Below, in pieces: positions 58,337-64,000 of a DNA stretch of 64,000 nucleotides. Positions within the stretch are counted from its first letter, which is position 1, and each line of letters opens with the position of its first letter. The notes under the pieces are model-generated. The model saw only the letters and a list, made by a program, of their open reading frames with translations. It was not told the DNA's origin and did no database searches. Origin of the DNA: a virus. Location: positions 32,001 through 96,000 of the IMG/VR virus record IMGVR_UViG_3300021197_001995. One strand, written 5' to 3'. Made by a program: the position numbers and the translations under genes.

Positions 58337-60424
58337 ATGAATTGGAATACTCTAACCGAGGCCGTGAGGTCACGCCTGACGTCACAGGGTGAAACTGAAA
58401 AAAGTTTCATGGCGAAAACCGAGGGGCAGAGGCAGAAGTTGCTCGCCGGCGTCAATAAGTTGCTGGGCGACGGCGCTAGTAAAAGGACAGAAAACAACGA
58501 ACCTTCGCGTATGGGGCTACCCTCTGCTAAGGACTTAGGTACGTTTACAGACATCGCCACGGCCATGGCCAGAGAAGCGGAGGAAACCGAGAAAGCTCTC
58601 CGCGCAATGAACGCCGCGGGCCAGAACTTTTTTGATGGAAACGCAGCAAAGGGTATTGCTGAGGTAACGAAAGCTTTAAACTTAAAGACGGGACAGATAC
58701 GACTCGGAGCAGAAGCATTTTTTCAGCTAAATGAAAAAGTGAACGCATTCGCATACCTCAGTGAAGAGGCTTTCAACAAAAACGGAAGACTATCTGCTTC
58801 ACTAGCAGAGCAGGCCGGCATCTTAAAACAGCTAGGCTTGAATTACGGAAACTTCGCTGCGAACACGGACACGGCAATCCACTCGCTTCAACTTAACGAA
58901 GAAGGGGTCAAGAAGTTCAACCTAAGTATAAAGACGCTAGCAGACGACCTGAAGATGCTACCAGATGAGGTCTCCAGGAACTTTCAAAAAGTTTCGAAAA
59001 ACCTAATGTATGATGCGGCAACCATACAATCCCAATTTGTTAAATTTCAAGTCCTGGCCCAAAAGACAGGATTAGAAGCAGATCAGATCGCCGGCAGATT
59101 TGGCTCAGGCATGGACACCATCTCCGGAGCATCTGGTGCCGCGGCCAATATCAACGCACTGCTGGGTCGTAACGCATTTTCCGCAACAGAACTTTTAGGA
59201 ATGGAAGAAGCGGACCGAGCAGAGGCTATCAGAGCGGCGATCCAGGGCGACTCTCAGCTGATGGCAGACATCGACGCCGGCGGCGCCCAAGGAAAATTTG
59301 CAATGATCTCGGTTGCTGAGTCCCTTGGTATGGGCAGGGACGAGGCGCGCCGCTTTATCAAGACAGGTGAAAAAGACGACTCTGTTAAATCGAAACTAGA
59401 GAAGGAAATCGGATCTGCCACTGGCGTAAGCAACATCGCTGGTGATGAAAGAATGTCCCGAGTAATTTCGAGCTTCACGACAGGCACATCTGATCTGAAA
59501 AAGGCGTTGGACAAGTTAACCGACACATACGAGAGGGGGCTAGATCCTCAAATGTCATTCGCGGTGCAGAACCGTCGACTGCTTCTTGAAAAAGCCAACC
59601 GCGGCGAATTCGCGGGTACAGAAGCACTGGGCACCTTCGGGCGCCTAGGTTCCATGACGAAAGGTTTATCCGTAGGTCAATTTAATCAAGCACAACGGCT
59701 TCAACCTGGAATAGGAGGCAGCCTGGAACGTTTGGTCAAAAGATCCCAAATGGGACTCTACGACACTTCCTCTAGCGAATTCCAAACAATGATTTCCCAA
59801 TTGACGTCAACAGACGAAAAAGAGAGAGCCACCGGCGCCAGCACTTTGGACGAAATCACTCGTAAGAGTCCCAAGAGGGATGAAGACGCAATTAGAAAAC
59901 AAGGCGGGATAGGCCCCGCGGCAATGAGCGTGATCACACGCGTCTCGAACATGTCAGAATACTCCGGCCGTCGCATGATGTCGGTATTTATGGAAAGATT
60001 CAGAGGCAAGAACCCAACAGAAGAGCAGGCAAAGGCCTTTGCCGAGGAGTACAAGAAATCTGACGAGTTTGCAGAAAGCGAAAAGATAGATTATGAAATG
60101 ACCGCGGTCAACGCGCGCCTCAAGGATACAACAAAAGAAGGTCGCGCCGCGAGCATAGACGATTTTAGCAGCGACTTTGGTGAAGGTTCCAGCCGCTTTA
60201 GCCGCTTAAAAGAATCTGCGCGCTCCAGCTTCCTCAGAGAGTCTGAGAAAAAAAGAAGAAAAGATAATGAATCAAAAAACAATCTTGAAGGGCCCTCCGG
60301 CTCGACGCAAAGAACGACAGACTCTTCTGGGAACACGATCGTGAACTTTTTACTAAATGATACAATTTTGGCTTCTGCTGTAATAAAGGGCACACATAAA
60401 GTACTAGGCAGAACAACAGAATGA
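58337..60424 (+). CDS. Tape measure protein
   Basis: ~700-aa Ala/Gly-rich helical protein after tube and chaperone genes; track start is TTG 58316. Confidence 0.7.
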   Translation: MNWNTLTEAVRSRLTSQGETEKSFMAKTEGQRQKLLAGVNKLLGDGASKRTENNEPSRMGLPSAKDLGTFTDIATAMAREAEETEKALRAMNAAGQNFFDGNAAKGIAEVTKALNLKTGQIRLGAEAFFQLNEKVNAFAYLSEEAFNKNGRLSASLAEQAGILKQLGLNYGNFAANTDTAIHSLQLNEEGVKKFNLSIKTLADDLKMLPDEVSRNFQKVSKNLMYDAATIQSQFVKFQVLAQKTGLEADQIAGRFGSGMDTISGASGAAANINALLGRNAFSATELLGMEEADRAEAIRAAIQGDSQLMADIDAGGAQGKFAMISVAESLGMGRDEARRFIKTGEKDDSVKSKLEKEIGSATGVSNIAGDERMSRVISSFTTGTSDLKKALDKLTDTYERGLDPQMSFAVQNRRLLLEKANRGEFAGTEALGTFGRLGSMTKGLSVGQFNQAQRLQPGIGGSLERLVKRSQMGLYDTSSSEFQTMISQLTSTDEKERATGASTLDEITRKSPKRDEDAIRKQGGIGPAAMSVITRVSNMSEYSGRRMMSVFMERFRGKNPTEEQAKAFAEEYKKSDEFAESEKIDYEMTAVNARLKDTTKEGRAASIDDFSSDFGEGSSRFSRLKESARSSFLRESEKKRRKDNESKNNLEGPSGSTQRTTDSSGNTIVNFLLNDTILASAVIKGTHKVLGRTTE

Positions 60425-60442
60425 TAAAAGGAGAATTGAGAA

Positions 60443-61075
60443 ATGGCATTTTTTGAAGAAATAGCAAGACAATCAAACCAGATAATAACGTTTACCAGTG
60501 TCGCCACGGGCCAACAAGTCAGTTTTCCTGCTTTTGTGACGCAATTTAGCGATAGCTATAACGTGGCCTGGGGAGGTTCAACGCCTTTTGGCAGGGTCGA
60601 CCCGATAAAGAACTATCAGTCAACAAGCCGTCGGATTAACGCAGCCTTCGACATCCTGGCAAAGGACGAAGATTCTGCAAGACAGAACTTTTTCAACTTT
60701 TCCAAGCTCGTGCAGATGTTGTATCCGGTATACAGCGATCCTGTGGGCCCGAACAACAAATCAAGAACGATTAGGGCAGCACCTATGATGAGAATTAAAT
60801 ATGTTAACTACATACGATCAGAGGTGAGTGAACACGGGCTTCTTGGTTGTTGCGGAGGGTTCAATTTTGAACCAAAGTTTGATTCAGGACATATATTAGC
60901 AGAAGATGGGGAACTGATTCCTTTGGTATATAGCATAAGTTTTGTCTTCGAACCTTTGCACGAGACACCCATAGGCTCTACGGAGCAAGGCCAGTTTCTC
61001 AGTGGCAAGTTTCCATACAACCAAGGAGTATCTGCACCAGAAGGGCGCCAGCCAGCCAGCGACCCAACGAACTAA
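60443..61075 (+). CDS. Baseplate/tail-tube initiator-like protein
   Basis: FPAFVTQFSDSY...W...GRVDPI..YQST.R.I...F and LYP motif; follows the tape measure gene. Confidence 0.6.
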   Translation: MAFFEEIARQSNQIITFTSVATGQQVSFPAFVTQFSDSYNVAWGGSTPFGRVDPIKNYQSTSRRINAAFDILAKDEDSARQNFFNFSKLVQMLYPVYSDPVGPNNKSRTIRAAPMMRIKYVNYIRSEVSEHGLLGCCGGFNFEPKFDSGHILAEDGELIPLVYSISFVFEPLHETPIGSTEQGQFLSGKFPYNQGVSAPEGRQPASDPTN

Positions 61076-61090
61076 ACAGGAGGATTTACC

Positions 61091-61444
61091 TTGACAGAAT
61101 GGACAAAAAGTGGTAGAGTATTAAGCAACAATGACAAGATATATCAGAGCTTCATGAAGAAGACAGGAACCAGAAACGTCGATCATTACGGACTGGTGAT
61201 CTTTGGGGATCCCATGCAGGAAGATTTTTTGAGTGAGATTTCAACGTCGGAGCACGTCTACTCAGTTGGGGATAGTCTGAGCAAGATCGCGTTTAAAGAA
61301 TACGGTGACCCAAGGCTTTGGTGGATCTTAGCTTGGTTTAACACCAAGCCAACAGACATGCACATCGACATCGGCGAACGAATTTACGCGCCACACCCGG
61401 TCGAAGAAGCGATACATCAAGCTCTGAAAGAGTTAGACTCATGA
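61091..61444 (+). CDS. LysM-type baseplate wedge protein (gp53-like)
   Basis: GDSLSKIAFKEYGDPRLWWILAWFN. Confidence 0.75.
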   Translation: MTEWTKSGRVLSNNDKIYQSFMKKTGTRNVDHYGLVIFGDPMQEDFLSEISTSEHVYSVGDSLSKIAFKEYGDPRLWWILAWFNTKPTDMHIDIGERIYAPHPVEEAIHQALKELDS

Positions 61445-63747
61445 CCGAACAAATTTCATATTTTCCTCAGGGGTTGTTATTACATCATGTCGCCAATGCT
61501 CCGCCTGTCCCGGCCGATAAAATAAGGTCCGCAACTCAACTGGCGCAGTCTAAAATGGGCATGCAGAAGTATATTAATCTAGCGAAGCTAAAGGGGTCAT
61601 ACATCCCAGAAGCTGTTTTATCGAAGGTTTTAGCCAAAAAAACAGCTGCAGACATGGACAAGCTTTTCATGTCTTTACCTAACCATAAGATCTCATCGCT
61701 AACTCCTGAATTGAGACTTTACAAGAGAGACGGAAATAATATAACGCCATTTTATTTTCCCGTTTCTTCTGATTTTGACTTCGACGGATCCACTCGTGTT
61801 GATCTTTCGAAGCCCTTTAGTGCAAACGGCGCCGCTATCGAGAGTTTTTCAGTAACGTATACCGGAAAAAACCCTTACACGGCCTCGCGGAAGTTTATGG
61901 AGGCTTCTTTGAAAATAAAGGTGGATAACATTTCCGGACTATTCCACATCCCCCGCGGAAACTTGAACACTCAGTTTTCTCCGTTAGCTGATCTTTTCAC
62001 TATCCGTTCAGGCGCGCCCCCGAAGAAGCCCACCGGCGCTTCAAAGGTCCGTCCCCCGTCCGCTCTAGAAGCTGGTAAGCAGTGTAACATAGTCGCGACT
62101 TTAGGGTATGCAAATCACCAGACAGACACTCTAGGCGCTACAGAATTGAGGATGATAAACGAAAATAGGATAGTGATAAACATGTACTATAGATCACATG
62201 ACCTGAACATGAACGCTGACGGTAGCGCTACGGTGTCTGTATCTTACACCGGTTATCTCGCGTCAGCTAAGGGAGATGTTATTCTAGATGCGTTGACGCC
62301 TCATGAGTCTAAAGCTAAATTGATTAAAGAAAAAGTAGGAACGAAAAAGAAGAAAGATAAAAAAGACATAAAGAAAGCGACTGGAAAAGCTGCAGAAGAA
62401 GCAAAGAAGGCAGCAGAGGTAAAAGAAGAGCAAGTCCGAAAGATAAAGATAGATCAGATCACTAAAGGGTTCTTTAAGATGTTTGATAGTCTTTTCAACA
62501 ACAACAAGGTACATACTACTGTATTCATGAATGCATATAGTAAAAAGAAAGTGTTCGAAGAGACAGCAAAAACGGAACAAGACGGAAAAGTTACAACATC
62601 ACCAGAAGGTATTAAGACGAAACACTACGACTTTTTCAACCTTGAATCAAAGGACGTTAAAAACCTGTACACACCACTTCGCGAAAACCTGATGCATTAT
62701 GTGACTTTTGGAGATCTATTAGACTCCTACTTTAAAGTGCTAGGGGACAGCATTCGAAGCACGAAAGATTATTTAACGAAACAATCGAAGGCTAAGAGCA
62801 ACAGCCCCGCCGCCGCGGATATAGCCAGCCAACTTCAAGCGCTTGATGAAGAGTTTTTGCACCTGCAGAGAATAAATGTTTTAACTTGCGACTTCATATA
62901 TGCAATCAAGGGAGAGAACAATAGCAAAGAAACAAAGAAAACTATGAACATAGCAGACATTCCAATCTCAGTAGACACTCTTTATAGCCTGATGTATGAA
63001 AAGTTGGTGCAAGCGCGCAAGCCTTTTCTAGATTTCTCAGAATTTTTGGACGACTTTGTTCCTGCACTATTGGTTAGGTCATTTGGTGAGTTCCCCGGGG
63101 CTGACTTCCTTCGCGACATCACTTTCGTGGTAACTAATTTCACGGCGCCTCCATGTAAGAGAAAGGTAAAAGAAGGCATCCTGCGGCTGGCTAGCTTGCC
63201 AAAGCCAACAGGCGCGGTAACCAAGGGCAACTTAAAGGACGCTTCAGAATACTTTATAATCCATCAAAAAGCGCCCGCTTGGACCAGAGCCCCTGGCTCG
63301 GGAGACAAAGACAAAGACTTAAAGAACGGAATTTTCCACATCAGAGCGTCACAAGACAGAGGGTTTGTAAAATCAATTAATTTTTCAAAAATTTCACAAC
63401 CAGCGAGAGAAACATACATGATGTTTAGAAATGGTCACATGTATGATGAGCTGCGATTTCCTCACAACGCCACAGTAGAAATGTATGGGAACAACATCTT
63501 CATGCCAAACATGCAAGTGTACATAAACCCCGATACGCTAGGTTTCGGCGACCCCCGCGGTATAAATTCTTCCGCGCGCCGCCTAGGATTTGGGGGATAT
63601 TACACTTCCGAATCCGTGACTACAACTTTTTCACAAGGAGAGCTTACCACGACAATGCAGTTGTTCTTCAATTCTTTTCCAGACACAAAGAGTCAACCAA
63701 ACCTTCCAGGCGCAGTTAAGAACTCAATAAAGGATCTGAAGCAATGA
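61441..63747 (+). CDS. Baseplate hub protein (gp27-like)
   Basis: C-terminal ATVEMYGN..F.P...VYI...GGYY...VTTTF pattern; follows the gp53-like gene. Confidence 0.55.
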   Translation: MTEQISYFPQGLLLHHVANAPPVPADKIRSATQLAQSKMGMQKYINLAKLKGSYIPEAVLSKVLAKKTAADMDKLFMSLPNHKISSLTPELRLYKRDGNNITPFYFPVSSDFDFDGSTRVDLSKPFSANGAAIESFSVTYTGKNPYTASRKFMEASLKIKVDNISGLFHIPRGNLNTQFSPLADLFTIRSGAPPKKPTGASKVRPPSALEAGKQCNIVATLGYANHQTDTLGATELRMINENRIVINMYYRSHDLNMNADGSATVSVSYTGYLASAKGDVILDALTPHESKAKLIKEKVGTKKKKDKKDIKKATGKAAEEAKKAAEVKEEQVRKIKIDQITKGFFKMFDSLFNNNKVHTTVFMNAYSKKKVFEETAKTEQDGKVTTSPEGIKTKHYDFFNLESKDVKNLYTPLRENLMHYVTFGDLLDSYFKVLGDSIRSTKDYLTKQSKAKSNSPAAADIASQLQALDEEFLHLQRINVLTCDFIYAIKGENNSKETKKTMNIADIPISVDTLYSLMYEKLVQARKPFLDFSEFLDDFVPALLVRSFGEFPGADFLRDITFVVTNFTAPPCKRKVKEGILRLASLPKPTGAVTKGNLKDASEYFIIHQKAPAWTRAPGSGDKDKDLKNGIFHIRASQDRGFVKSINFSKISQPARETYMMFRNGHMYDELRFPHNATVEMYGNNIFMPNMQVYINPDTLGFGDPRGINSSARRLGFGGYYTSESVTTTFSQGELTTTMQLFFNSFPDTKSQPNLPGAVKNSIKDLKQ

Positions 63748-64000
63748 CTGAAGAAAAGTTTTTAGGGGGGTCGACCGTGGATCTCCAACTAGAGTTTTCG
63801 GAAAGAAGAAAATTTCTTGACTTTTTTAGGTCGAAAGGGTATCCTTTGCTTGATACCTTGTACGACAAAAGGTTGTACGGATTTGTGAACCACTTGGGCG
63901 AAGTTGTAATGCCTACTCCGACCCCCAAAAGGTTTGGAACAGACTCTGGATCCGTAACGGGGATTAATTATGTGGTGGATTTGTTTAATAAATTTCGAAA
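63744..64000 (+). CDS. Partial hypothetical protein running off the window end
   Basis: ATGA overlap with the previous stop; open frame MTEEKFLGGS...LYGFVN. Confidence 0.55.
   Translation, partial: MTEEKFLGGSTVDLQLEFSERRKFLDFFRSKGYPLLDTLYDKRLYGFVNHLGEVVMPTPTPKRFGTDSGSVTGINYVVDLFNKFR

Noticed and set aside
114-63928. Numerous minus-strand ORFs of 60-191 aa (e.g. 45182-45757, 35170-35640, 24888-25304)
   Set aside because: All are antisense shadows of well-supported plus-strand genes, with no SD sites or recognisable motifs.
1-64000. Stop-codon reassignment (TAG or TGA recoding)
   Set aside because: Coding density is near complete under code 11, and TAG, TGA and TAA all end genes at positions abutting the next start.

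Overview
The window is a 64 kb, entirely plus-strand slice of a large T4-like (myovirus-type) bacteriophage genome in the standard genetic code. GC is about 42% by eye. It covers most of the virion morphogenesis region. In order: gp25- and gp6-like baseplate genes, a 3792-aa baseplate/adhesin protein and other baseplate-associated proteins; an embedded DNA-metabolism block (J-domain protein, RuvC-like resolvase, primase, fused SbcD-SbcC); a putative membrane/lysis trio; terminase, portal, prohead protease, ribosomal protein bS21, scaffold and major capsid; neck gp13/14/15, tail fibre, sheath, tube, tail chaperone, tape measure and hub genes. I saw no tRNA, rRNA, CRISPR array or IS element. The main unexplained signals are: (1) a ~110-135 aa domain (ATAT...NGHNG...LTQ..G..GN...FxGG) inserted 9 times into 5 different virion proteins, once nested inside itself; (2) a probable +1 frameshift (UUU_UUU_CGC) in the chaperone gene just before the tape measure; (3) a recurrent ACTAHTTA late-promoter-like motif resembling the reverse complement of the T4 late promoter; (4) an unannotated Cys-Cys leader peptide in frame with the prohead protease; (5) strong enrichment of GC-only palindromes. 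Product calls come from motif recognition and gene order only; no database search was run.
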